From NCBI GenBank assembly GCA_902541215.1, contig CACBPV010000004.1, positions 18,569-82,568 of the forward strand: 64,000 bases of DNA, written 5' to 3'. Numbering within the stretch: position 1 is the first letter of the stretch; each line of letters begins with the position of its first letter. Origin of the DNA: an uncultured Alphaproteobacteria bacterium. GTDB lineage: Bacteria; Pseudomonadota; Alphaproteobacteria; HIMB59; GCA-002718135. Of this stretch, positions 17,867-28,294 are shown one piece after another. The notes under the pieces are model-generated. The model ran no database searches. It was not told where the DNA came from and saw only the letters and a list, made by a program, of their open reading frames with translations. Both the position numbers and the translations under genes were made by a program.

Positions 17867-19066
17867 ATGGAAATAAAATACTTTAATTCAAATTTTGACA
17901 AAATCACTCAAAATAAAGATACTGATCAAAGTATAACTAATTTAATAGAAAAACTTCCTTCTCTGAATATTGTTTCAGACAAAAATTTATTAGAAGAAAC
18001 CATAAAAATTTCAAAACAATTTAAAGAGAAAAAGGAAAAAATAATTGTATTTGGTACAGGAGGTTCAAATTTAGGAGCTAGAGCATTAAATAATATTATT
18101 TCCAATAATAAAATTATCTTAGAATTTTATGATAATGTTGATCCTATTAATTTTGAAAAAAATTTTCAAAATATTAATTTTGAGCTAACTGGCTTCTTAG
18201 TTATTTCAAAATCGGGTACTACACCAGAGACATTATCTCAATTTTCATGTCTCTATCAAAAGGCAATAGAAGCTAACAAAGTTGAAGATTTTTTTTCAAA
18301 TACTCTAATCATAACTGAATTTAAAGAGTCACCACTTTTTAAAATTGCAAAAGATAATAATTGTTTACTTTTAGAACATCATAAAGATGTTGGAGGGAGA
18401 TACTCTATATTTACCAATGTTGGTATAGTTCCTGCAATCATTTCTGGATTAAATATAGATGCACTTTTTGGTGGAGCATCTGAAGTAATTAATAATATTG
18501 ATAATTACAAACCGTACAATCTTGGAAGATATTTAACTCAAAAAGAAAATATAAAATTTACTAATAATGTTTTAATGACATATTCTGATTCACTTTATTT
18601 TTTTGGAAAATGGTATCTGCAACTTTGGGCAGAAAGTATTGGAAAAAATAATAAAGGTATTACAGCAATTCATTCAGTAGGCACCACTGATCAGCATAGT
18701 CAACTACAACTGTATTTAGATGGACCTAAAGATAAATATTTCACCTTCATCACTACAGATCATTCAAATAAGGGCATAAAAATTAATAATAATATGTTTG
18801 AAAATACCGATATTGACTATTTTAAGGATAAAACAATGGGAGATCTAATGGAGGCTGAACAGCGCGCAACCATTGAAACTTTTAAATTAAATAATTTTAG
18901 TTTTAGAGAAATCTATATTCCTAAAATAGATGAACAAAACTTAGGTAAATTATTATCTTTTAGTATAATAGAGACAATTGCTTCCTGCATGTATTTAGAT
19001 GTTGATCCTTTCGATCAACCTGCTGTTGAACAAGGTAAAAAATTAACTAAAACTTATTTAAGATAA
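17867..19066 (+). CDS. pgi: Glucose-6-phosphate isomerase (short SIS-type PGI)
   Basis: GTGGSNLGARAL, ISKSGTTPETL, VGGRYSIF and GTTDQHSQLQLY motifs. 399 aa. Confidence 0.8.
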   Translation: MEIKYFNSNFDKITQNKDTDQSITNLIEKLPSLNIVSDKNLLEETIKISKQFKEKKEKIIVFGTGGSNLGARALNNIISNNKIILEFYDNVDPINFEKNFQNINFELTGFLVISKSGTTPETLSQFSCLYQKAIEANKVEDFFSNTLIITEFKESPLFKIAKDNNCLLLEHHKDVGGRYSIFTNVGIVPAIISGLNIDALFGGASEVINNIDNYKPYNLGRYLTQKENIKFTNNVLMTYSDSLYFFGKWYLQLWAESIGKNNKGITAIHSVGTTDQHSQLQLYLDGPKDKYFTFITTDHSNKGIKINNNMFENTDIDYFKDKTMGDLMEAEQRATIETFKLNNFSFREIYIPKIDEQNLGKLLSFSIIETIASCMYLDVDPFDQPAVEQGKKLTKTYLR

Positions 19067-19618
19067 TTTAAAAATATAAATTATTGTTTTACCGTAAGTC
19101 TTTTTTTGAAGTAGATTTAAATTTTCTGGAATTACAATATTATCTTTCACGCCCGTTTCTAAACCAATCACGGTAGTATTTTTAATGTTACTTGATAAAT
19201 TTTCTAAAAGATTTGTTAAATTATACTTTGCATATGGTGGATCAATATAAACAACTGAAATATTTTGAAATTCTATTTCTAATTTAGAATGAATAAGGTC
19301 TTCTTCATAAATTTTAAATTGATTATTTTTACAAATATTTAAACAATTTTTTTTTAAAATTTTAAGAACTTCAAAATTATTCTCAAAAAAAATTACTTCA
19401 CTCATACCTCTAGAAATTGCTTCTAAACCCATTGTGCCAATTCCTGCAAAAAGATCTAAAAAAATTTGATTTTTATATAATTCGATAGAATTTTTGATTG
19501 CATAACTTTCAATAATTGAAAAAAAAGCTTCTCTTTTTAGAGAAGAAGTTGGTCTTACAAAATCATTAATACTAGCTAATTTTTTTTGCTTAAACTTTCC
19601 TCCAGTAATCCGTATCAT
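19058..19618 (-). CDS. rsmD: 16S rRNA (guanine966-N2)-methyltransferase
   Basis: SAM motif DLFAGIGTMGLEAISRG and the DPPY motif. 186 aa. Confidence 0.85.
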   Translation of the reverse strand: MIRITGGKFKQKKLASINDFVRPTSSLKREAFFSIIESYAIKNSIELYKNQIFLDLFAGIGTMGLEAISRGMSEVIFFENNFEVLKILKKNCLNICKNNQFKIYEEDLIHSKLEIEFQNISVVYIDPPYAKYNLTNLLENLSSNIKNTTVIGLETGVKDNIVIPENLNLLQKKTYGKTIIYIFKLS

Positions 19619-20307
19619 TTGCTAATTGAATTTAATTTTTGAAATTGCCCTTCTTTAAGTCTTCCAAGCTTATAAGGGCCATATGCAATTCTTATTAATT
19701 TAACAATATTCCATGAAAAATAATTACAAATATTTCTAATTTCTCTATTTTTTCCTTCTTTAAGTTTAAAAATTAACCAACTATGATTTTTTAATTCCTT
19801 TTCAAAGGCAACTTTAATTTTTTTATAACTAATTTCTTTAATTGTAATGCCTTTATTAATTTTTTGTAAATCAGTACTTTCTACATTGCTATTTATACAA
19901 ACTCTATAGATCCGCTCTATGTTTGAGGATGGATGTTCTAAATATCTTGAATAATCTCCATTATTAGTTAGCAAAATCAACCCTTCACTCATATAATCCA
20001 ATCTTCCTACACTTATTAATTGACCGACATTTTTTGGTAATAAATCAAAAATTTTTTTTCTACCTAAATTATCTTTTGTACTACAAATATATTTTATTGG
20101 TTTGTATAACTTCCATACTTCAACTTTATTTGCTTTTTTAACAATTTTATTATTAACCTTAATTATATCTAAATTACTTACTTTATGACTTGGATGAAGG
20201 CATACTTGATTATTAATTTTAATTTTTTTTTCTATAATTAATTTTTCTGCATCTCTTCGTGAACAAATTCCAGCACTTGATAGATATTTTGAAATTCTAA
20301 TATTCAC
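19615..20307 (-). CDS. Pseudouridine synthase, RsuA/RluB family, with N-terminal S4 domain
   Basis: S4-like N-terminus (RISKYLSSAGICSRRDAEKLI). Catalytic motif GRLDYMSEGLILLTNNG. Confidence 0.85.
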   Translation of the reverse strand: MNIRISKYLSSAGICSRRDAEKLIIEKKIKINNQVCLHPSHKVSNLDIIKVNNKIVKKANKVEVWKLYKPIKYICSTKDNLGRKKIFDLLPKNVGQLISVGRLDYMSEGLILLTNNGDYSRYLEHPSSNIERIYRVCINSNVESTDLQKINKGITIKEISYKKIKVAFEKELKNHSWLIFKLKEGKNREIRNICNYFSWNIVKLIRIAYGPYKLGRLKEGQFQKLNSISK

Positions 20308-21002
20308 TTTGTTTCACTAATAAAATTTTTAATTATTTTTATATCATATTTTGTTATTAAAAATTCAGGATGCCATTGTAAGCCAATACACCATTTGTGC
20401 TTTTTATGCTCTATTCCTTCAATAACACCATCATTTGCTGCACACGAAACATTTAAGTCCTTACCTACTTTTTTTATTGATTGATGATGTGCACTATTAA
20501 CATTTATTTTTTGAGCTCCACATATCTTATGTAGTTGAGTATTTTTCGAAATATTAACACTATGACTAGTTTGATTTCTTGGATTCACTTGTTCATGGTT
20601 TATTGGATTTCTTTTTAAATCTTGTATTAATGTTCCACCACATGCAACATTGATAAGTTGTGCACCACCACAAATTCCTAATATAGGTTTGTTGTATTTA
20701 AAAAATTTATTGAAAATATTTAATTCAAAATTTGTTCTCTTATTTTTAATATTTTTAGATTGAGTATTACTTGTTTTATATAATTTAGGATGAATATCAA
20801 AATCTCCCCCAGTAATAATTAAACCATCAATTAAATGACAAAAATCATCAATATATTTTTTTTCATGTAACAAAGGAAATGGAATAGCATTAAATTTTGT
20901 TAAGGAAGTTAAGTAATTTTCCCTTAACGCATACCATGGAAATTTTGAGTATGTTTTCTTTTTTTCAATATCAAGAGTTATTCCAATAATTGGTTTTTTC
21001 AT
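20304..21002 (-). CDS. Gamma-glutamyl hydrolase / class I glutamine amidotransferase (peptidase C26, PuuD-like)
   Basis: Nucleophile elbow GICGGAQLINV, then SAHHQS and LQWHPE motifs. Confidence 0.8.
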   Translation of the reverse strand: MKKPIIGITLDIEKKKTYSKFPWYALRENYLTSLTKFNAIPFPLLHEKKYIDDFCHLIDGLIITGGDFDIHPKLYKTSNTQSKNIKNKRTNFELNIFNKFFKYNKPILGICGGAQLINVACGGTLIQDLKRNPINHEQVNPRNQTSHSVNISKNTQLHKICGAQKINVNSAHHQSIKKVGKDLNVSCAANDGVIEGIEHKKHKWCIGLQWHPEFLITKYDIKIIKNFISETK

Positions 21003-21042
21003 TATAATTCAACTATAATGTACAACATAAGTGTGTTCCAGA

Positions 21043-21498
21043 ATGAACGTTGATTTTTTTATGAAAGAAGCAATTATTGAAGCAGACAAAGCTTATAATT
21101 TAAATGAGGTTCCAGTTGGAGGAATACTTGTTGATAATACAACGAACAAGATTGTGGCCAGAAACTACAACACAATAAATAAAAATAAAAATGCTATCAA
21201 ACATTGTGAATTAAATCTTATTCAAGAAACTTGCGAAAGACTAAAACTTAAATATTTAGAAAATATGACATTATTTGTTACCTTGGAACCATGCACAATG
21301 TGCGCTAGTGCAATAAGTGAAGTACATATTAAAGATCTATATTTTGGGGCATATGATGAGAAAAATGGAGGAATTGAAAAACTCCGAGTTGCTTTTCAAA
21401 GAGAAAATATATTTATGCCAAATATTTATGGTGGCATTATGGAAAAAGAATGTAGTAATTTATTAAAAAAATTTTTTAAATATAAGCATGATAGATAA
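21043..21498 (+). CDS. tadA: tRNA-specific adenosine deaminase
   Basis: CDA zinc motifs HCELNLI and PCTMCASA. ATG at 21043 gives MNVDFFMKEAI…, preferred over the track GTG at 21031. Confidence 0.85.
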   Translation: MNVDFFMKEAIIEADKAYNLNEVPVGGILVDNTTNKIVARNYNTINKNKNAIKHCELNLIQETCERLKLKYLENMTLFVTLEPCTMCASAISEVHIKDLYFGAYDEKNGGIEKLRVAFQRENIFMPNIYGGIMEKECSNLLKKFFKYKHDR

Positions 21499-22819
21499 AA
21501 TAAATATACCAGAATTTGAAGTTTCAGAATTTAATCAAGCATTTAAAGAAGTAATTGAGTCAAATTTTAATTATGTAAGAATTAAAGGAGAAATTTCTGA
21601 GGTAAAAACCGCTACAAGAGGGCAAATTTATCTAACACTTAAAGACGAGGATTCTATTTTAAGTGGAGTGATCTGGGATCAGAAAAAAAAATATTTAGAT
21701 ATAAATCCAGAAATAGGTCTAGAAATAATAGCAACAGGGAGAATTACCACTTGGTCTCGCTATAAAACTACTTACCAAATAGATATTGATAAAATCGAAA
21801 TTGCAGGAGAGGGAGCACTTCTAAAGCTTATTGAAGAAAGAAAAAAAAGACTGCAAAAAAAAGGTTATTTTGATGAAGATAAAAAAATCTCATTACCTTT
21901 TTTGCCTGAGAGATTAGGTATTATTACCTCTCCAACTGGCTCTGTAGTACATGACATAATTAATAGAGTGAATGATCGTTTTCCAATGCCTTTAGATATA
22001 TGGCCTGTTTCTGTACAGGGCGTTGACGCGGCAGATAGTATTATAAATGCTATCGAAGGTTTCAATAAACTTAAATCTAGCAAACCAGATGTTCTTATTA
22101 TTGCTAGAGGTGGAGGTAGTACTGAAGACTTAATGGCATTTAATGATGAACATCTTGCAACAAGTGTTTTTGAATCAAAAATACCAATTATTTCAGCAAT
22201 AGGCCATGAAACAGATACAACAATAATTGATTTAGTATCAGATTTGAGAGCGTCTACACCAACTGCAGCAGCTGAAAAAGCTACTCCAGTAAAATATGAA
22301 TTGATAGAAAAAATTAAAAATTTACAACTTAGATTAAACACCAAAGTTAATTCACAAATTCAGTCCAAAAAGGAAAATTATGATTACTTAAATAAGTTTC
22401 TTAAATCCCCAAGCTCAATAGTTAATAATTACAAGGAGAAGCTTTTAGATGATTTTAAAAATTTAACATTATCAATTGAAAACAAATTTAGCATATCTAA
22501 ATTGAACCTAATAAATTTAGGCAAATCTGTAATTTCTCCAGACTCATTATTAAGTTTAAAACAAACAAAGATTGATAATCTTTCAAAAAATCTTAATTTA
22601 AATATTGCCAATAACTACAAAGATAATCTTGAAAAATATAAAGCAAATATCAGACTGCTTAATTCAAATTCTATCTCTTCAAATCTTAAAAAGGGATATT
22701 CAGTTTTGATGAATAATACGAAAATTGTTAAGACTACAAAAAAAATTGCTCCTAATGATCAGTTATCGGTTAAGCTTGTTGATGGTACAATTGATATTAA
22801 GGTAAAAAAAATTAACTAA
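21488..22819 (+). CDS. xseA: Exodeoxyribonuclease VII large subunit
   Basis: N-terminal OB fold (VRIKGEISEV…GQIYLTLKD), IARGGGSTEDL and SAIGHETDTT motifs, and a long coiled C-terminal region. Confidence 0.87.
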   Translation: MIDKINIPEFEVSEFNQAFKEVIESNFNYVRIKGEISEVKTATRGQIYLTLKDEDSILSGVIWDQKKKYLDINPEIGLEIIATGRITTWSRYKTTYQIDIDKIEIAGEGALLKLIEERKKRLQKKGYFDEDKKISLPFLPERLGIITSPTGSVVHDIINRVNDRFPMPLDIWPVSVQGVDAADSIINAIEGFNKLKSSKPDVLIIARGGGSTEDLMAFNDEHLATSVFESKIPIISAIGHETDTTIIDLVSDLRASTPTAAAEKATPVKYELIEKIKNLQLRLNTKVNSQIQSKKENYDYLNKFLKSPSSIVNNYKEKLLDDFKNLTLSIENKFSISKLNLINLGKSVISPDSLLSLKQTKIDNLSKNLNLNIANNYKDNLEKYKANIRLLNSNSISSNLKKGYSVLMNNTKIVKTTKKIAPNDQLSVKLVDGTIDIKVKKIN

Positions 22820-23675
22820 ACCTTTTGTGTTGCCAGAACCATTGAGAGGGTTCTGATTTAATCCACTCTTCTATTTTGAGATGTATCGTTTCCATCATTT
22901 GATTATCACTGATATTTACATCATTGTGATAAAAAGGCTCAAGAAAGGTAAGCTCAATTTTTCCATTATCAATTCTTTTATTTTTAATTGGGATTATTGG
23001 TAATTTATATTTTCTTGCTAGTTTTAAAAAACCTGTTTGTGTTTTAACTTTTTGTTTAAAAAATAAAACTTCTTCACCAGAAGAATCTTTCTGATCAATT
23101 ACAACCAAGATTGACAAAGAGTTTCTTATAGCTTCAGTAATATCTTTTGCACTTTTTTTTCCTTTTGGAGTATAAAAACTCTTAGACGATACAAGCGAGT
23201 TTGTTCTAATTTTTAATAATAATTTATCTATAAAATGATTATTAATATGTCTATATACTGCACCTAGATTTATACCAATTCTATCTAAACTAGGTACTAC
23301 AACTTCCCAATTAGACTGATGAATACATATAAATATTCCTTGGGAATTATTTTTAATTAAATTTTCGATATTTTCAATTTTATTGTACTTTATTTTTTTT
23401 TTATCAAATAGATAGTTTAACCTAGGAATTTCAGAAATTGTTCTTCCGAGATTATCCCAACTTTTTTTAACTATACTTTTAACTTCCTCCTCTTTCATAT
23501 TAGGAAATACATATTTACAATTTTTAATTGCAGTCTTATTTGCACCAGAAAATTTACCAAAAGTACTGAACAAAAAAGAAGCAAATTTAGCTGACATATT
23601 TAATGGCAAAAATTTAAATAAGAAAAATATTAAAAAAACTATAATATATTCAAAAAAATAAATTATATTTTTCAT
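22812..23675 (-). CDS. Lipid A biosynthesis (Kdo2-lipid IVA) acyltransferase, LpxL/HtrB family
   Basis: N-terminal TM segment and an acyltransferase HxxxxE-like motif (CIHQSNWEV). Sits directly downstream of lpxK-waaA. C-terminus has WFWQHKRF. Confidence 0.75.
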   Translation of the reverse strand: MKNIIYFFEYIIVFLIFFLFKFLPLNMSAKFASFLFSTFGKFSGANKTAIKNCKYVFPNMKEEEVKSIVKKSWDNLGRTISEIPRLNYLFDKKKIKYNKIENIENLIKNNSQGIFICIHQSNWEVVVPSLDRIGINLGAVYRHINNHFIDKLLLKIRTNSLVSSKSFYTPKGKKSAKDITEAIRNSLSILVVIDQKDSSGEEVLFFKQKVKTQTGFLKLARKYKLPIIPIKNKRIDNGKIELTFLEPFYHNDVNISDNQMMETIHLKIEEWIKSEPSQWFWQHKRFS

Positions 23676-24670
23676 ATTGCTAAATCATTTATTTTATTCT
23701 CTAAAATGTTACCCAGTATTTCTTTAAGAAGATTTTCATCTTCAAATTTAATTTCTCCATTCAAAGTGCTTACTAAAGATCGATATGATTTAGGAATTCT
23801 TACAAAATCTTTTTTTGTAGTAACTAATACTGATTTTGTAAGATTTGCATTTTCTGCTAAATTTAACATATCATTTTCATCAAAAATATGATGATCAGGA
23901 TAGCTAATTTTTTTTTCTAAAATAGCACCTTGTTCGGAAAGTGAATTATAAAATTTTTCAGGATAAGCAATACCTGCAAAAGCTGTCACTTTTTGATTTT
24001 TATATATTTTATTATCAGCACTGATTTGAAATTTAGCATGAATAATAGGAACAGTACTTGGAATTTTATCTTTAACATCTTGAGATATTTCTCCAATTAC
24101 AATTACAAGATTTGCTCTGGAAATACCTCTTGATATACTCTCTCTAAGAGGACCAGATGGGATTACTCGTTTATTTCCAAAACCTTGTTCTCCATTAATT
24201 ACAATAATTGAAAAATCTTTTTGAAGAGTTGGATTTTGAAAACCATCATCCATAATTATACAGTCAGCGCCTTGTTCTTTAGCTAAAATAAAGGACTTGT
24301 TTCTATCCTGTCCAATCCAAGTTGGTGCAACTTCAGCTAGTAATAAAGATTCGTCTCCCACACTTTTTGCTGAGTGCCATTCTTTAACAAGGACATTAGA
24401 TGTTTCAACACCACCATATCCTCTTGAAACAAAATGAGGATTATATCCATTAAGTTTTAATAAATTTCCAATTTTTAAAGCAACTGGTGTTTTACCAGCA
24501 CCTCCTACCACTATATTGCCAATACAAATTACAGGAATTTCAGAAGATGTTTTTCTACTAACAAAATTTCTTATTTTTGTTCCAAATCTAAACAGCAAAG
24601 AGAGTGGATATAAGGAATTCGATAAGTATGTGTCATTTTTTTTATACCAAAATTTAGGAGCTTTAAGCAT
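23672..24670 (-). CDS. lpxK: Tetraacyldisaccharide 4'-kinase
   Basis: P-loop GNIVVGGAGKTP. Start moved to the ATG at 24670 (MLKAPKFWYKK…), which sits 1 nt after the waaA stop. The track's longer ORF would overlap waaA by 77 nt. Confidence 0.85.
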   Translation of the reverse strand: MLKAPKFWYKKNDTYLSNSLYPLSLLFRFGTKIRNFVSRKTSSEIPVICIGNIVVGGAGKTPVALKIGNLLKLNGYNPHFVSRGYGGVETSNVLVKEWHSAKSVGDESLLLAEVAPTWIGQDRNKSFILAKEQGADCIIMDDGFQNPTLQKDFSIIVINGEQGFGNKRVIPSGPLRESISRGISRANLVIVIGEISQDVKDKIPSTVPIIHAKFQISADNKIYKNQKVTAFAGIAYPEKFYNSLSEQGAILEKKISYPDHHIFDENDMLNLAENANLTKSVLVTTKKDFVRIPKSYRSLVSTLNGEIKFEDENLLKEILGNILENKINDLAI

Positions 24671-24671
24671 T

Positions 24672-25892
24672 TTAATTAATGTACTTTTCGATGTCTTTGA
24701 AAAGCCTTTCTTTTTCAAAGAAAGATCTATTAGAAAAATCAAGTGCATTTGCTTGAATTTTTTTAATTTCCAAATTATTATTTAGTAATTCTTTCATTTT
24801 TAAATCAATATCTTCAAACTTATTTACCATTATACATGAATTCGCTTTTACCATATCTTCATAAATATTAGTCCAATTATCAACATAATTACCACTAATA
24901 ATAGCACAACCATAACTTGCAGGCTCTATAGGATTATGTCCGCCAATATTTTTTAAAAAAGAACCACCTAAAATAACTAAATCACTAATTTTAAAGTATT
25001 GATCTAATTTTCCAAAACTATCAATTATTACGATATTATTTTCTTCAAACTCTTTTTTTGATTCTAAAGATATTTTAAATCCTTCTTTATTTAATTCTTG
25101 CTTAATTTTATTAATTCTTTCTGGATGCCTTGGTGCAAGATAAATTTTTAAATTAAATTCACAAATTGTTTTTTTAATACATTTAATTATCTCTTTTTCT
25201 TCATTAGAATGAGTACTTGTAATCATGATTGTATTTGATTGATCTTTATTTATTGATGAATTTTTTTTATTCTTAGCTAATTTTAAATTTCCAACATAAT
25301 CAATTTGTAAGTTTGTTAATTCTTGAATTCTTTTTTTGTCATTTTTACTTTGTGCAAAAATTTTATTAAAACTCTTTAAAGAGTTTTTGTAGAAATTTTT
25401 TGTACTTTTCCATTTTTTAAAAGAAGTTGGAGATATCCTTGCATTTAAATATAAACAATTGATATTTTTAATTCTAATTTTACTAAGCATATTTGGCCAA
25501 ATATCTGACTCTATCCATAGTATCAGATCTGGTTTCCAAAAGTTTAAAAATCTTGTGCACCACAGAGACACATCAAATGGAATGTACTGATGGATAATTT
25601 TATTTTTATAAAACTCATTAATATATTCTGCTGAAGATTTTGTTGTTGTAGTAACTAAAATATCAAATACTTTATGATATCGTTCTATTATTAAATCTGA
25701 AGATTTAAACTCGCCAATACTTGCTGCATGTATCCATAAAATTTTTTTCTCACTATTTTTTTTTACTGTTGGCTTCCCAAACCTTTCAACAAATCTTAGC
25801 CTATCCTCCTTTTTTCTATAGATACGAATAAAAATATTAAAAATAATTACTGGTATGAGAAGAGTACTGAGTATTTGATATATTCTAAGCAT
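24672..25892 (-). CDS. waaA: 3-deoxy-D-manno-octulosonic acid (Kdo) transferase
   Basis: N-terminal TM anchor, WIHAASIGE motif and a GT30-like C-terminal domain (GGSF…GGHNPIEPA). Confidence 0.87.
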   Translation of the reverse strand: MLRIYQILSTLLIPVIIFNIFIRIYRKKEDRLRFVERFGKPTVKKNSEKKILWIHAASIGEFKSSDLIIERYHKVFDILVTTTTKSSAEYINEFYKNKIIHQYIPFDVSLWCTRFLNFWKPDLILWIESDIWPNMLSKIRIKNINCLYLNARISPTSFKKWKSTKNFYKNSLKSFNKIFAQSKNDKKRIQELTNLQIDYVGNLKLAKNKKNSSINKDQSNTIMITSTHSNEEKEIIKCIKKTICEFNLKIYLAPRHPERINKIKQELNKEGFKISLESKKEFEENNIVIIDSFGKLDQYFKISDLVILGGSFLKNIGGHNPIEPASYGCAIISGNYVDNWTNIYEDMVKANSCIMVNKFEDIDLKMKELLNNNLEIKKIQANALDFSNRSFFEKERLFKDIEKYIN

Positions 25893-26556
25893 TTAGATTT
25901 TTTTCTGCTGATTCCATGCAATCATTAATTTTTCCTTCCAAGAAATTCTTATATTTATCTAAATCATCATCTTTAGTAGAAGAAGGAATAGTAATTGGCT
26001 CACCCCAGACAAATCTACATTTTGAAAATGGATATGTTATTAAAAATGAGTCCCAAGATTTAAGTTTAAGATTTTTACTTGAAGCAAAACCAAGTGGTAT
26101 AATTGGGACTTGAGAATGAATTGCAATTTTTATAATTCCTTCTGAGACTTTCTTATTTGGTCCTCTCGGTCCATCAGGAGTAATACCAATATAATTTCTA
26201 TCTTTTAAAATTTTAAATACTTTCCTTAATGAAGGTGATTTATTTTTTGACATTATAGAAACATTTTTTAAATTAAAATGACCTGCAATATATGCACCAA
26301 ATCGACCATCACTATGGCTAGATGCCAACATATTTAACACAGCTTTACTTTTCCATACATGTCCTATCATCATCAATTGACCATGCCAAAATGCTAAAAT
26401 AAAAGGTTTATTCTCTCTCCACAATTTTTCTGGTAATTCAGAGTTTATAATCTGTATTTTAGAAGTGTAACATACAAACAAGATATATAGGTAACCTATA
26501 AATGCCAAAATTTTTTGAGATATAGAAAATTTAAAAATTTTTTTTTTAAAACTCAT
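25885..26556 (-). CDS. DUF374-type lysophospholipid-acyltransferase-like protein
   Basis: 223 aa with one TM segment and a TPDGPRGP motif. Occupies the usual position between msbA and waaA in alphaproteobacteria. Confidence 0.7.
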   Translation of the reverse strand: MSFKKKIFKFSISQKILAFIGYLYILFVCYTSKIQIINSELPEKLWRENKPFILAFWHGQLMMIGHVWKSKAVLNMLASSHSDGRFGAYIAGHFNLKNVSIMSKNKSPSLRKVFKILKDRNYIGITPDGPRGPNKKVSEGIIKIAIHSQVPIIPLGFASSKNLKLKSWDSFLITYPFSKCRFVWGEPITIPSSTKDDDLDKYKNFLEGKINDCMESAEKNLNA

Positions 26557-28294
26557 TTTCCAACTGTTCTCTTAGTTGTAATTTTTTGTAAATAGTTGAT
26601 TTTGAAATTAACTCTTCATGCTTTCCCTGACTTTCAATTTTGCCTTTATCTAAAACATAGATAATGTCTGCGTCTTCTATTGTGCTTAATCTATGTGCAA
26701 TTATTAATTTAGTTTTATTTTTCATAAGACTATTTATTGTTTCATGAATTTTATTTTCAGTTATGTTATCTAAAGAAGATGTAGCTTCATCCATAATTAA
26801 AAGTGGCGAATCTTTTATTAGAGCTCGGGCAATAGCAATTCTTTGTCGTTGTCCACCCGATAATTTTATTCCATTTTCTCCAATAATAGTGTCTAGTTTT
26901 TGATCCAATTCTTCTGAAAAACTACTCACCCCAGCATTTTTAGCGACTAAACTAATCTCTTCATCAGTTGCTTTAAGATTTCCATATTTAATATTGTTAA
27001 ATATACTTTCATTAAATAAAATTGTTTCTTGAGTCACTATTGAAACACTATTTCTTACATCTGTCAGATCTAATTCTTTTATATCTTTAGAATTAATTAA
27101 TATAGAACCTGAATAATTATCATATAATCGCAAAATTATATTTGCTATCGTTGATTTACCAGATCCGGATAAGCCAACTAACGCAACTTTTTTTCCTTTT
27201 GGTATTCTTAAACTTATTTTATCAAGTACTGTATTATCGTTATATGCAAATGAAACATCTTTAAATACAATGTCACCATCTAGATCTAAGGTTTTTTTTG
27301 GAGAAATATTTTCCATACTTTTTTCACTTGTATCTAAAAGTTTAAATATTCTCTCTGCTCCAGCCAGGCCTTCCTGAATACTAATATTTAGATTGCCAAG
27401 TGCCTTTACTGGCTGATAAGCCAGAAGAAGACTTACTAAAAAACTCATAAATTGACCTGTTGTCATACTTTCGTTTAAGACAAATACGCCCCCAGCATAA
27501 ATTGAGAGTGCTACAGCTAAACTTCCAATAAATTCCATTAAAGGGCTTAAGCGATTGCTAATAAAAGCAGATTTTGTAAAATATTTTTGAATGAAACTAA
27601 TTGTTTCAAAAGCTCTTTGTTTTTCATAGTTTTCTCTTGAGTATGCTTTTACTTGTCTAATACCTTTAATGCTCTCAGCTAATACATTGGAAAAAACTGC
27701 AATTTCGTTTTGGATAGTGTAAGTAATTTTTCTTATACTCTTTCCAATTTTTCTTATGGGCCAGATCGCTAAAGGGAATGCAAAAAAAGCAAAAAGAGTT
27801 AGGGTCCAACTTTGGTAAAACATATTACCTAGTAAAAAAATAATAACTAAAACATCTTTTATAATTCCTGTTACAGATTTAACTATTGCAAGTCTTAAGT
27901 AGTAAGTATCATTGATGAGTCTTGAAATTAAATTACCTGACTTAGAGTCATTATAAAATTTCATATTCAAATACATGAGTTTTTCAAACATCTGAGTTTG
28001 AAGTTTTGCAATAATAGAATGTGCAACTTTACTCATTTGATAAGAGTGAGTATATGTTGCCAATCCTTTACAGAGGGTCACTATAATTATTGCAATTGGA
28101 ATTAAAAATAACATTTCTTTATTACCTTTGATTAAGACTTCATCAAGCGCAGGTCTTACTAACCAAGCATGTAAACCTGTTGCTGCTGCTGAGATAACCA
28201 TCATCAATAAAGCTAATATTATTTTGAGTTTATGACTCATTAAATAATGAAAAACTATTCTTGAAGTAACTGACTGTTTTTTATCTGAAGACAT
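26546..28294 (-). CDS. msbA: Lipid A export ATP-binding/permease protein (ABC exporter)
   Basis: Six-TM domain plus NBD: Walker A GLSGSGKST, signature LSGGQRQR, Walker B LLIMDEATS. Lies in a lipid A gene context. Confidence 0.85.
   Translation of the reverse strand: MSSDKKQSVTSRIVFHYLMSHKLKIILALLMMVISAAATGLHAWLVRPALDEVLIKGNKEMLFLIPIAIIIVTLCKGLATYTHSYQMSKVAHSIIAKLQTQMFEKLMYLNMKFYNDSKSGNLISRLINDTYYLRLAIVKSVTGIIKDVLVIIFLLGNMFYQSWTLTLFAFFAFPLAIWPIRKIGKSIRKITYTIQNEIAVFSNVLAESIKGIRQVKAYSRENYEKQRAFETISFIQKYFTKSAFISNRLSPLMEFIGSLAVALSIYAGGVFVLNESMTTGQFMSFLVSLLLAYQPVKALGNLNISIQEGLAGAERIFKLLDTSEKSMENISPKKTLDLDGDIVFKDVSFAYNDNTVLDKISLRIPKGKKVALVGLSGSGKSTIANIILRLYDNYSGSILINSKDIKELDLTDVRNSVSIVTQETILFNESIFNNIKYGNLKATDEEISLVAKNAGVSSFSEELDQKLDTIIGENGIKLSGGQRQRIAIARALIKDSPLLIMDEATSSLDNITENKIHETINSLMKNKTKLIIAHRLSTIEDADIIYVLDKGKIESQGKHEELISKSTIYKKLQLREQLENEF

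Noticed and set aside
21031-21042. GTG start for tadA (MCSR…)
   Set aside because: The ATG at 21043 gives an N-terminus of normal TadA length ahead of the helix FMKEAIIEA. The GTG extension has no support, so this is a low-stakes choice.
21865-22344. 159-aa ORF on the minus strand inside xseA
   Set aside because: It is entirely antisense to a gene with clear XseA motifs (IARGGGSTEDL, SAIGHETD). The product is low-complexity and Ser/Ile-rich with no motif. This looks like an antisense frame left open by chance over a well-supported gene.
24671-24748. Longer lpxK start at 24748 (MHLIFLIDLSLKKK…)
   Set aside because: The extension would overlap the waaA C-terminus by 77 nt and adds a non-conserved leader. 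The ATG at 24670 yields the usual LpxK N-terminus just ahead of the P-loop region and abuts the waaA stop.
24516-24785. 89-aa + strand ORF spanning the lpxK/waaA junction
   Set aside because: It is antisense to two conserved lipid A genes and has no motif.
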